A DNA stretch of 64,000 bases from the NCBI RefSeq assembly GCF_009914755.1, contig NC_060932.1; one strand, given 5' to 3'. Source of the stretch: the human T2T-CHM13v2.0 reference genome, Homo sapiens. This document shows, one piece after another, positions 1-13,158 of the stretch (positions are counted from its first letter, which is position 1; the number at the start of each line of letters is the position of its first letter). The notes below the pieces were generated by a model, which saw nothing but the letters and a program-made list of their open reading frames with translations, searched no databases and was not told where the DNA came from. Position numbers and translations under genes: made by a program.

Positions 1-675
1 GCTCTATATAGTCACATGCAGTAGTGAGTGGCATTTCTTTTTCTTTATTTTTACACATATTTCTCTTTAATGAAATGAATATTATTTTATTCTTTACTCC
101 TAAAATATTTACAATAATTAGATTTCAAGACGCAAAGCAGCTCCCTGCCTGTATCACATTTGAGCACGCGTCACTGTTTTCCCTTTCTGGTAGCCATCCA
201 AGGACATCAGCTTTATGGCTAGCAGGAATAGTAGAACATCCTCTTCTTTCTGCAATACCAGCAGTTAGAGGGTTTAGCTTCCTGTTCTGTTCATTATCTT
301 TCTATTTGACTGTACTACGTCCATGCAACAGCTCCCCTGTTCTAGGGTCCCTAGCATACTTTTAACTTATTATATATAATATTTACTACTTTTCAGTGGA
401 ATCAAACTGTAAAAAATAAGACAGCTGACTTTAATATATGACTTTGAATAAGTAATATAAGGGTCAAGAGATACAAAGAACAAACAACGGAAGACACAGG
501 ATTTCATAGATTCTCCAATGTGCTTTTTTTACACTTTCACATGGCAGCAGTTGAACTATGGGGGATATGTCTTACAATCCAAGATGTATGACATTGGAAT
601 TAGCACTGTTCTTTTTAATGTCTTTCTGTAACGGCATATAAAATAATGGCACGTCTTAAAATTGATGTTGACTCA

Positions 676-823
676 GATTCACCGAGATAAGTAAAGATGC
701 CAGCATCATGTGGCTGAGGATGCTTCCCAGCTCACCCTTGTGTTTACTTGGATTCACCGAGATAAGTAAAGATGCCAGCATCATGTGGCTGAGGATGCTT
801 CCCAGCTCACCCTTGCGTTTACT
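676..823. repeat. 75-bp tandem duplication (2 copies)
   Basis: gattcaccgagataagtaaagatgcc...ccttgYgtttact at 676 and 751; 1 mismatch in 73 nt. Confidence 0.95.
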
Positions 824-1360
824 CCACATCCTCTTAGAGACGTGCAATGCAGTTTCTTGTATATGCTGCTAAATCAGAATTCTATTTTACAGGAATGTAA
901 GAGTCCTTTCTGTTGCTTTCTCAGCTTTACAGAAGTAGACTGACAAAAATTGTGTAACTATATATTTATTTAGTATACATAATAATATAAAATATATATG
1001 TATAGTCTACAACCTGATTTTTATGTCCATATACACTATAACTGGTGACCACAGTGGAGCTAATTAACAAATCTATCACTTCACATAGTTCCTTTCTTTT
1101 GTGTGTGTGCTGAGAACACAACATCTCCTTCCTTAGCAAGTTCTGAGGATTCCGGATGGAGTCATCGATGTCTTCCATTTTTCATTCACATTATACATCT
1201 CAAATGTCTTTCATGCCAGTTCAGAGAGAACTTCTATAATATTTTGATGCCTGTTTTGCCTTAAATTCTGTGCCCATACCATAATTTATTTCATCCGTTC
1301 CCTATTGAAGACATGCAGCTATTTCTAACGTGTTGTTATTAAATCTAACAAATGTTATAA

Positions 1361-1608
<248 letters not shown>

Positions 1609-1856
1609 AAATGTTATAAATTTTAAATAAGATATTGACCCATGCGCAATCACAGTTGTAGGTGAAAAGTATATTACTTAATGGGTGGAAGCATTTTTAG
1701 TTTTAAGAAAATTTCGCATTGAAATTGTACCAATTTGCAATCTCACTAGCTGTGTCTAAGAGTATATTTTGTGTTCATACTTTTAAGACGGAAGTTATGT
1801 ATCATACTTTTAGTTCTCAATTCAAAGACAAAACATCATCAATCATGGCACTGTAC

Positions 1857-2158
1857 TTTTTTGGATTGTCTTTTTTTTTGGGGGGGGGGGGTGGAGTCTC
1901 ACTCTGTCTCCCAGGCTGGCGATATCTTGGCTCACTGCAACCTCTGCCTCCCAGTTTCAAGCAATTCTCCTGCCTCAGCCTCCCAAGTAGCTGGGATTAC
2001 AGGTGTGAGCCACCAAACCCAGCTAATTTTTGTATTTTTCATAAAAATAGGGTTTCCCATGTTGGCCAGGCTGGTCTCGAACTTCTGGCTTCAAGTGATC
2101 CACCCACCTCGTCCTCCCAAAGTGCTGGGATTACAGGTATGAGCCACTGCACCTGGCC
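1857..2158 (-). mobile_element. Alu (S/J-type)
   Basis: Reverse Alu consensus ending cctcccaaagtgctgggattacagg...ctggcc; T-run/G12 tail. Confidence 0.93.
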
Positions 2159-2434
2159 TGTATTTTCTTAAGCATGACAGGGATTAAGCCTTTTTACATA
2201 TGTGAGCCAACGGGTGTTTGTTTGTTTGTTTCCTTAAGAAAATCTGTTAGTATGCTTTAAATGTGGTATTGATTGCAATATGCATAGAGAGAAAATTATG
2301 TCACAGGTTTACAACCTGAAGCATTCTCATAAACGAAACAGGCCTGCATCTTCAGCCCCCAGGCAGAAGGGATGTTTGCACCATCCCACAGAAACCTTCT
2401 CTCTTGCTCCTTGTGAGCCTGTAGCCCCCAACGG

Positions 2435-2470
2435 CACACACACACACACACACACAGACACACACACACA
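2435..2470. repeat. (CA)n microsatellite
   Basis: Interrupted CA run. Confidence 0.95.
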
Positions 2471-3014
2471 ACAAAGGGCGTCGATGTCTCTCCTTCCACC
2501 CGCTGTCCTCCAAGGCGACTGCACGCAGATGCTGCAGGCATTGTTAAGGCTCCTCCTGCACAGAACTGCTGTACCTCCTGATCTCCCTCCTGTGGCTGTG
2601 TCCACCACTGTGGAGGGCCGTGCCAGGCAGGGAATTCAGCCAGGCGACCAAGCAAGTGACGGGGCACTGTGTCCACCCAGCAAAGGCATGTAGGTGACTG
2701 AGCTGGCATTGGCCTCAAATCGCGCACCCCCTGTGGTCTGGCCTGCTCCCAGCCGGGGCATCAGCCAGGCTGGCTAACGGTTGCTGCCAGGTGGAAAATG
2801 AAAATGCAGGAATGGTCAGAGTGAAATCCACAAATTTAAAAATAGGTCTCTAGAGCCCCCTCTTGTCCTGATTGCTACTCAGGAAGCGGCTGAGAGGAGA
2901 TGACACCTTCCTGGAAACAGTTTCATGTAGGGACCAAAACTCCCTCCTGAGATGTGGGGACCAGGATGTGAAGGCGGTAGACATGGATGTGAATTTAAGC
3001 TTGTGTGTAGGAGG

Positions 3015-3135
3015 CCTTGGATTCAAATTCTGATCTCTCCTGGAAACACCCACACAGACACACCCAGAAATGAAGTGTGATCAGCTGTCTGGGTATCCCT
3101 TAGACCATCAAGGTGACACACAGTATGCACCACTG
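3015..3135 (-). mobile_element. MaLR LTR (MLT1-like) fragment
   Basis: ggaaacacccacacagacacacccagaaat...gggtatcccttag...aaggtgacaca resembles the MLT1 terminal motif. Confidence 0.65.
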
Positions 3136-3325
3136 CAGATGCAGAAACAAAAACGGTGGTTGAATTGGCCCTAAAAGCCCCACTAGTAGGTCATGTTAGT
3201 GTCTGTTTCCCATTGCAAACGCAGCTTAAAAACTCTCTGTTAACTCCAGGCGCCTCCTCCCATCGTGGAATGAGTAGGATGGTGACTTCAGTGCCTGTGC
3301 ACAACAGAGCTATAAAAGTCTGTGT

Positions 3326-3628
3326 GTCCGGGTGTGGTGGCTCACGCCTGTAATCGCAGCACTTTGGGAGGCTGAGGTGGGTGGATCACGAGGTCAGGAG
3401 TTTGAGACCAGTCTGGCTAACACGGTGAAACCCCGTCTCTACTAAAAATACAAAAATTAGCCGGGCGTGGTAGTGTGCATATGTAATCCCAGCTACTCTG
3501 GGGGCTGAGGCAGGAGAATTGTGTGAACCGGGAGGTGGAGGTTGCAGTGAGCCGAGATCTCACCATTGCACTCCAGCCTGGGTGACCAGAGTCAGACTCT
3601 GTCTCAAAAAAAAAAAAAAAAAAAAAAG
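3326..3628 (+). mobile_element. AluS-type element
   Basis: Full-length dimeric Alu with pure A tail. Confidence 0.95.
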
Positions 3629-4339
3629 GTTTGTGTCCATCTCTCTCTGGACTCCCCCAGCACCCTTGGTTGGGTGCATAGGGGCTTCACACCCCTCGCC
3701 AGTCATCTTCCTCCACGGCACAGCTGAGGTCAGGGTAGGAGGAGAGAGAAGAAGGCACGTGGAGGGAGGGGAAGGCTGCATTGTGCATCAGTAAGCAGGC
3801 TCAGTGACCTTCAGTTTCATCTGAGGGCTGCTTGTTTCTCAAACAAACAAACCTCGAATGTTTCTGATGCAACCAGAGTTCTGTATTTTTCTGGCAGACA
3901 TCATCTGCCTCAGACCTAGGGACTTCTGGGCTTCTCAGCCATAGCTACACTTGCCTTTTGGCTGGGGCTGTGAGGCTCATTGCATCAATGTTGTGATCAC
4001 ATTTATTTCTTCTCTCGCTAGGGGAGACTGAACAGCAATCAAAGCACCGTAAGGGAAACCTGTTTCAATCCTACCTCCTGCTGCTCAGCCTCTAAACATT
4101 CAGGGCCAGACAGGCAAGACTCTGTGGGAGCCTCACCCTCCCAGCCCCAGCACTCATTCCCCGGGCTAGAGCATTTACTGTTGAATCTCAGCAAGTCTTT
4201 TTAAATCTCTAAACATGGTCTGTGAGGTCCTCACCTTTTCTCTTCCAGAGTCACGTCTCTGTCTGCATTTCATCTTCTCTTTCCCAACAACTTTCAAGAA
4301 CTGTGAAGGGTCTGATTTGACTCAACGTCCAAGCTACCA

Positions 4340-4730
4340 TGTTGGTCTTCGAGGAGGCACAAGAGCCTTGGATCAGAGACAAAAATCTCGGTTACTCACA
4401 GCAGAGAAATCAGTATGAGCTTTCCTTGTGCCTGAGTTCCCCTTACTACCCAAATCCCAGGGGGATGATTTACACAGATCCAGGTAGGTGGAGTAACTGA
4501 CTCACAGCTGAGGAACCCCTCAATGCTAGGGAAACTGATTGTGTTTTTTACATAACGTTGTGCTATAAACCTGCCTGACCTTTGCTCTGGAGGAGACTAT
4601 CTCTGAGCACTTTCTGCTGTGTAACAATCTTTGAATGATTGTCTGAAACAAATGCCAATCCACGCCCCTATTGTCTAGACACGCAGCAAGACAGGAAATC
4701 ATGGAGACCTGGCTCCCAGCAGCCACGTGA
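4340..4730. mobile_element. Probable old ERVL-type solo LTR (family uncertain)
   Basis: Starts tgttggtctt...agagccttggatcagagacaaaa...ttactcacagca, resembling old ERVL LTRs; recognition only. Confidence 0.4.
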
Positions 4731-4889
4731 TGTCTTCTGTCAAGAATTACAACCCTGCACTCATTGGCATCTGTTGCTTCTACATGGCTGTTTATATCCT
4801 CTATCCAGGTTTTACTATAGTTTCAACAGAGTCTACATTTAATATCAGCGAATTTTTCATGCTCAGGACTAGAAGACCCTGAGCTAAGT

Positions 4890-5290
4890 TTTAATAAAAT
4901 TTATTGAGCCTCTGCTACATGTCGGAGCAGAGACCAAGATACAATTAAGATAAAAGATCTCCTCATTGAGTTCTTGAGTTCTTAGCAGAAACATGCATAT
5001 GCGTATATAAGCAGCATGCAATCCAAGAAATGGTGTAAAAGAAAGTGACCCCAGTGCTAATCTATAAGAGCAGAGTTAAATCTAGACAGGATTTGTCAAG
5101 GAGTAAATCCTAGAGAAGGGATTACTTGAGCTGAGTCCTGAAGGCTCGGTAGCAGTTCTACAATTCTATAAGTAGTTAAAGATTATCCCAAGTAGAGGCA
5201 AGAACTAACAGGGGACTGTGAAAATATGAGAAAGAAAATCATGTTCAGGGAATAGCAGTGATGTCAGCAGGGCTGGGGCACTGTGAGTTC
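4890..5290 (-). mobile_element. L2 fragment
   Basis: tttattgagcctctgctacatg... and ttgagctgagtcctgaagg motifs typical of the reversed L2 3' end. Confidence 0.55.
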
Positions 5291-5556
5291 TTATTCATTC
5301 CCACAGTTTCAGTCATCCTTCCTGTGCTGGTTACTCCAACCTTATTTTTTCAGCCCATTCATTCATCCTGAGTTTCATATTTTAAATACCTCCTCGTAGT
5401 TTTTCATTCATAATGCCAAAAAAGGACTCAATTCCTGTTTCTCCTATCTCTGTGAATCACACTAATTTTCATGGAGTTGCTCAAGACTCCAAGTTGGAGA
5501 GCTTTTTGTCACATGTCTTTTTATTCGTTTCACAAGACTAGCCCATCAGAAAGTCA

Positions 5557-5900
<344 letters not shown>

Positions 5901-6926
5901 CATGTTTATGCTGTGGCTTCTGTATCGTTGGTCTCAGTTACCATGGTCTGAATAGAATAACCTCTTGCCTCTGCTAACTGTTCCTTCGGAAACTGCTAAT
6001 GTCCCCAACTAACAAATCTTTCACAGAATAGGTGAATAGATGATCATTGTATAAAAACCCACATGGATCGTTTTATTCTCCTGGTTAAAATCACCCAGCA
6101 GTTTCCTCATTCTTCAAACTTTCACTTCCCCCTCTACGGGAAGAAAGCAAAGACACAATAAGACATAGTTAATTGCAACTCCCAAAATATTTGTGAGTGC
6201 TCATATTTTTCAAGCAAGCTCCCTTCTCAGAAGGAATGCTGATACCTTAAAAGGTGAGACATCGTGAATCACCGACTATTTGATGCCCTAGCATTGGCTG
6301 TGTCTGAAGAGGTGCCAGTGGAAACACAAGCATTTCCGACTAAGAAACTCTTGAGCTTTGCAGTTAACTGAGGGTTTACAAAATGTTTGGAAACCTTGCT
6401 CTCATTTCCTCTGTTCATGTATGTGGCAAAATCTCTCAGGCTTTTCCTTCTATTTTCCTTCAAGAAGAAACTAGCTAGAACAATTGCTGCTACATTTCTG
6501 ATTGGTTTTTACTCCATTTGCATGTTTTTGTTCTTATAACAATGTTATAAATGCTGGGGCTAATTGGCGTGTCAGTAGAAAACAGGCACTTGTGATTGGA
6601 ACTTAGGGTAAGTTCAACACTGATGTGTGAGCCAGAACCAAGTCAGGAGACAGCACCACACAGGAAAAAGTTTCATATAAACAATTCCTACCTATGAAGA
6701 GGATTACTTGCTAGGGAGAAAAACAAAGCAAAGCAAAACAATTTAGACAGATCCAGGAAGAGAGAACAGATCTAGGTGCTCATTAATACCTGTAAGGTTG
6801 AGGCAATACCCTCCCTGACAAATCAGAAGGAGCCACTTCCCAGGGCGGAGGCAGTGATTGCATTGGAGAGGACACAGAAAAGGTGGCTGAGGTGGCCGCT
6901 GTGCTGGGGACACCCCAGAAGCTCTC

Positions 6927-7071
6927 CAGGGGCCCATGGAGGGGGGCTCCAGTTCCTGGGCACCGTGTGCACACTGCAGGCCTCTTTTAAGAGCTCAGGG
7001 GCCCACAGGGAGGGACGCCGATTCCTGAGCACCCTGTGCACGCTGCAGGCCTCTTCTAAGAAGAGCTCAGG
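6927..7071. repeat. Diverged ~69-bp GC-rich tandem duplication
   Basis: caggggccca...ttcctgRgcacc..tgtgcacRctgcaggcctctt..aagagct at 6927 and 6996. Confidence 0.85.
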
Positions 7072-7572
7072 AAGAAATCCCCTTTCTCCTTCTCCTGCAG
7101 CATCCTCCCAGGCCCCTGGGCTCACAACACTAACAGTGTGCCGGCTGGCAAGGAAGTCTCAGCGCATGCAACACCATAATCCCACAGCGGGCAACGGGAG
7201 GCAGACTGGGGGCTGAGAACAATAAATTAACAGTGAGTACTGCCGCCGTGACAAGTGCAGCTGCCTCCTGCCTTTCCTTCTTTCCTTCAGTCAAAATGAA
7301 GGCAACATTTGGATAGTGTGTGCTCATGTCTTCTGTGTTTTTTTTCTGTCATATGGGCTCCTTGACCTTGACATTGTTTTCTAAGTATTCTCTCCAAACT
7401 CATTATTATTTTGTAACTAACTTTGTTATCTCCTCACTAAATGCATCCCATTGAACAATTACATTTTAAACTCTAACAAGTGTCTCAGGGGCCCCTGTGG
7501 TCTGGACCTGCCCATCTCGCCAGCTCTTGTAGCTCCTAATTCCCTCAGCATTTGCATATTTCAGTTTTAGGC

Positions 7573-7671
7573 TTTCTTTTGCTTTCTTTCTTTCCTTCCT
7601 TCCTTCCTTCCTTTCTTTTTTCTTTCTTTCTCTCTCTCTCTTTCTTTCTTTTCTTTTCTGTTCTTTTCTTT
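7573..7671. repeat. (TTTC/TTCC/TC)n pyrimidine simple repeat
   Basis: ~100 nt, nearly all pyrimidine. Confidence 0.9.
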
Positions 7672-8720
7672 GTAAGTATCAGGATGTTTCCACCTCAGAA
7701 CCTTCACACCTAAGCTTCACTCCTCTAACACCCCCACTGACCCCCAGGCACTCTCCCCTTTAAACAAATAAAGAGCTGCAACAGAAAGTTTAGTGTAAGG
7801 GGAAACTGGAAACAGATAGGGTCCTTAGACATCCTTGCCCTGTGCCCACCCACCGGCCCTTCTCAGCCCCAGATCCTAGGGTGCAGGAACACACAAACCC
7901 AGGTAGGTCGCAGGACTGAAGCCTGTTGGAGCAGCACGACCCCGTCATCTCAGAGCTCAAGAAGCAACAAGAGCTCATGTGCCTTCACACACAAGCTTGA
8001 GAGAGCCACACATATCATCCGAGTCTCCGAGGCTTTCTGACTTCCTTTTATCTGAGGGCATCGCAATGTCTCACATGACTAAAAACGTGAAGAAAACTTC
8101 TTAAAAGAGAGAAGGAGAATGTAACAGAAACCGATTGCCCAGAGTATCAGCCCGGGAGCCCTAGATGTTTTAGAAGAGTGTCGTCTGCTGACGCCTCTAG
8201 TGCCTTATCAACACCTTTACCTGTGGATACAATTCAAAGGAAGCCTTGAGGAATGGTGGCTTTCCTGAAGTGTTTGTTCTGCAGCAGAACAAGAACCTTG
8301 ACAAGAATGAAGTTACCTGGCTGTTTCATTCCCTGTCCACCTCAATTTTTATGAGTTCATTGCCCGCCACGGCAGAATGTGTGTCTCACTGGTTTTCTCA
8401 GGTGCAATGTGAACTTCATGCTACTTGGTTCACCTCGTCTACCTGTGTCCTTAAAAGCTAGCACCAGGCTTTATAGGAAGAATTAACATGTTTTAATGAG
8501 AGAATGAAAACAGTCTGCAAGTTGTTTTGTGGTGTGTCTCATGGAGCGTCCTTATTTATCCTCCAAGTGATTAGCGGGCATCGATTCTGAGTTAAGGACT
8601 CCATGAGGTTTTGGGCTAAAACAGTGAACAAGATACTCAAGAACTTTTTTATTATAACTTTTTTATTATCTTTTTTATTATAGAACTTCCAATCCAGCCA
8701 GAATTAAAAAGACAAAATTG

Positions 8721-9044
8721 GGTCGGGCGCGGTTGCTCACGTCTGTAATCCCAGCACCTTGGGAGGCCGAGGTGCGTGGATTAAGAGGTCAGGAGATCTA
8801 GACAATCCTGGCTAACATGGTGAAACCCTGTCTCTACTAAAAATACGAAAAGTTAGCTGGGCATGGTGGCACACGCCTGTAGTCCCAGCTACTCGGGAGG
8901 CTGAGGCAGGAGAATCACTTGAACCTGGCAGGCGTTCAAGGTTCAAGGTGGCAGGGTTGCAGTGAGCCAAGATCACACCACTGTACTCCAGCCTGGCCGA
9001 CAGAGGAAGACTCTGTCTCAAAAAAAAAAAAAAAAAAAAAAAAA
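8721..9044 (+). mobile_element. AluS-type element with a small internal insertion
   Basis: Full-length Alu, long A tail, TSD gacaaaattg (8711-8720; 9048-9057). Confidence 0.95.
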
Positions 9045-9071
9045 CCCGACAAAATTGGAACAAAAATTTTT

Positions 9072-9375
<304 letters not shown>

Positions 9376-9813
9376 CTTAGTATTATGGTGCTTGCAAAGG
9401 AGAAATACAGATGGCTCAGCAGTGGAGAGTCATGGAAGGATCTTGAACTAGTGGGTGACAAACTCAGATTTTAATTACAACAAAGCTTTGATAGCTTCAG
9501 TGAGTTGGTGGATATTGAAGGGAAGAAAATAGTTCAGGAGACAAATGAGGAAACGTTTACAGTGCTTGAGCTGGGGGATAGCATAAAGTCCTGAGCTAGG
9601 ATAATGGCCATGGAAATGAGGAGGGAATGGGGATAGTGATGCTGACACGGTGGCTGTCCTTGGGCAGGTGATGCAGGGCGTGAGAAAGCTGACGCAGGTG
9701 CATGCAAGTGGGTCTCAGATGCTCTGCTGGTCTTCAGCCTAGCTGGACACAGTGGTGCTCAGTACCACTGTGTAACCACTACTCAAGTGTAGGTTGACTT
9801 CTTCCATCATCCC

Positions 9814-10529
<716 letters not shown>

Positions 10530-12476
10530 ACCAGGGACCTCCAATGTGTAGGCCAACAAGCAAGAAAATATCCACCTGCACATTAGTATTTGCTTGAATG
10601 TCTTAGTCATTTCGCCTACATTTAACCACAGAGAAAGCAATACCACCCACAGTGACAGTTAAGAAGCAACAATGATGTATAGTGACATTTTATTGTCTCC
10701 GCTCTAACAAGGAGCCTTTCTTTAGTAGGAGAAAGATTGTACCACTTGGTATGGACCATTTGCTAAGCTACCCAGATAATGAAATCACTTTGTCATCTTT
10801 TGCTAGAGCTGCTCATCACGTATGTCTTTGAGCTTTTTATTTCACGATGAGGTATGAGGCTGCTGGAGGGATTCCCCTGTTTCTTATTACCCACAGCCTT
10901 TTTGTGGCCACTGTTTGACTTTAGTGGAGATTTATGATCTGGGCAATGGACGTTAAGTAATCCGCCTTCCCCAGTACAGCCTTCTATTTAGGTTGTGTTA
11001 TATAAAATGGGCAAGGAATCATTCTTTGCTGTAAACATCACTTTTAGCAAAGTTGAAATTTAAGTGCCTATTGAACATTCACTCAAAATTTCTCTCTAAG
11101 ACAGAAATAAATAGAGGTCTTCACTTCAGCTTTTAGTGTTCTTTCCAAGAGGAACATTTATCCTTTTCTGTCAAGGCCAGCGGACTCAGGCCACAGAAAA
11201 CTTACAGAAGGAGAGACTTTTCCAAGAATCTAACACTGATTCCAATTTTTGTCAAACCACTTTTTTCACCTGATATTCTCCACAGACAATTTTCGTGTTT
11301 CTAAAAATATACGTAATAACTTGTATAATGATGATAAAGCTCTGTATTACAATTGAATAAGACAGGAAAACTATTTCAAGTTATTTGCTGTGTGTATCAT
11401 TTAGGAATCTTCTAATTTCAAGTAATAGAAAATTACCACCCACAATAAGCTAGCAAGACATGGAACCTCACCATCTCATAGACAGGAGTGGTCCTGGATC
11501 CAGAACTCCAGAACTGAGACCACCATCAGCTCCCCTGCCTCTGGGCTGATCATTCTTACCCTGACTCCCTCCCACTGTGGTGAGCAGGTGGCTGTTGAGT
11601 CTCCTAGAGATATCCCTCGAGCTGCCTGTGGAGAGAAAAGAGAATATTTTGTTTTCAAACTTTATAGAAAAGGTCTAGAATTCCCCCTGTATTCATTTTG
11701 GTCACCAATCCATCCCTGAAGCAATGCCTACGGCCAAGAAGAAGGGACCACAATGCGAATGCAGGCCTGACTGAGATGCTCAGGCATTTTTCTAGGAAGG
11801 ATGAGGATTTTTCTAAGGAAGGGACAAGGAGTGAATTTTCTCGGTATGTCCTTCACATCAGCAAATCTCTAATCAGATCTTCATATAGAATTTATCATTC
11901 CACAGGTGACCTGTGACCAAGATGCAACCAGGAGATTCCTGGATGATGAGGTCGAGTTGGGTCAGTCAAATTCTTTTTCTCATCGGTGCAAGATTCTAAA
12001 TCAAAGCGTTGCATATGGCAAGACATTTCAACTTTTTAAATAGCAAACCAAGCAATCAAAAACTCATATCCACATTTTCAAAACAGCTTATAGCATAAAA
12101 TCTATGTCATTAGTGGATTTGTGAGAGTTTTTTTTTTTTACCTATGATAAAAGAAAAACTTCAACCAAATTAAATTTAAAGGAGTATAATTGAGCAAAGA
12201 ACGATTCGCGAATAAGGCAGCTCCCAGAATCACAGCAGATTCAGAGAGACTCCAGCACAGCCACGTGGTGGAAGGAGATTTTAGACAAAAAAAAGAGAAA
12301 TGATGTACATAAATTAGAAGTGAGGTACAGAACAGCTAGATTGGTTACAGTTTGGCATTTGCCTTATTTGAACACGGTTTGAACACTCAGAAGTGTATGA
12401 GTGGTTGAATTATGGCTGCTGGGACTGGCCAAGTCTTAGCGATTGTTACAGGGACATGCTCCTAAGTTAGATTTTC

Positions 12477-12987
12477 TTTTCTTTTTTTTTTTTTAAATTT
12501 CATTCAGTTTTATTTTTATGATTTTTGCTATATTAATTCTTACCAATTTTAAACCAACATTTTTAACCTAAATCAATTTATTTTACATTATTTTCAACTT
12601 AAACTGCTTATACTTACATTTTCCAATACATTAAAATATAAAATTATTACAAATGTTCACCCATGTAAGATCTAAAATTATCTCAAGTTCCAGGAGTGGT
12701 AGTGGGCTTACACTTTGAAAAACATGACTAGATGCAAAATTTGAGTATTCGTCTTGATGGCTTAAAAACATATTAAACATACGCTGGGCACAGTGGCTCA
12801 CACCTGTAATCCCGGCACTCTGGGAGGCTGAGGCGGGTGGATCACGGGGTCAAGAGATTGACACCATCCTGGCCAACATGGTGAGACCCCGTCTCCACTA
12901 AAAATATAAAAATTAGCTGGGCGTGGTGGCATGCACCTACAGTCCCAGCTACTCAGGAGGCTGGGGCAGGAGAATCACTTGAACTGG
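12477..12987 (-). pseudogene. 5'-truncated retroposed RNA 3' end (processed-transcript fragment or orphan 3' transduction)
   Basis: Poly-T 12477-12494, AATAAA(-) at 12509-12514, ~290 bp non-repeat-looking AT-rich DNA, truncated Alu, flanking TSD agtt(a)agattttc. Confidence 0.75.
12782..12987 (+). mobile_element. AluSc-like fragment lacking its 3' end, carried inside the retroposed insert
   Basis: gtcaagagattgacaccatcctggccaacatggtg; stops abruptly after gaatcacttgaactg, at the TSD. Confidence 0.85.
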
Positions 12988-13123
12988 AGTTAAGATTTTC
13001 AATCTTGTCTACCTATTAAGCTAGGTTGCAGGTCGTCCACAAGGACTCAAATATAGAAGCACAGAGTCCTTCCCAAGCCATATTTAGTTCCTTTAACACT
13101 TACATAGAATGGACTAAAGGGTT

Positions 13124-13158
13124 TGTGTTGTGTGGTGTGTGTGTGTGTGTGTATGTGA
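13124..13158. repeat. (GT)n microsatellite
   Basis: Interrupted GT run. Confidence 0.9.

Larger units (their letters stand above)
12145..13098 (-). mobile_element. MER57-type ERV1 solo LTR, split by a ~510 bp insertion
   Basis: TG...CA ends; the minus strand begins TGTTAAAGGAACTAAATATGGC..AAGGACTCTGTGCTTCTATATTTGAGTCCTTGTGGACG; the halves rejoin across 12476/13001; near 4-bp TSD ccta/ctta. Confidence 0.8.

Noticed and set aside
1719-2171. 150-aa and 123-aa ORFs (also 8936-9334, 31164-31424, 47105-47578, 50658-50930)
   Set aside because: Translations of Alu sequence (LPRLECSG / [12 protein letters not shown] type peptides).
2280-2727. Overlapping 137/143/93-aa ORFs in a GC-rich patch
   Set aside because: They span a (CA)n repeat (THTH/CVCV peptides), with no recognisable domain or splice structure.
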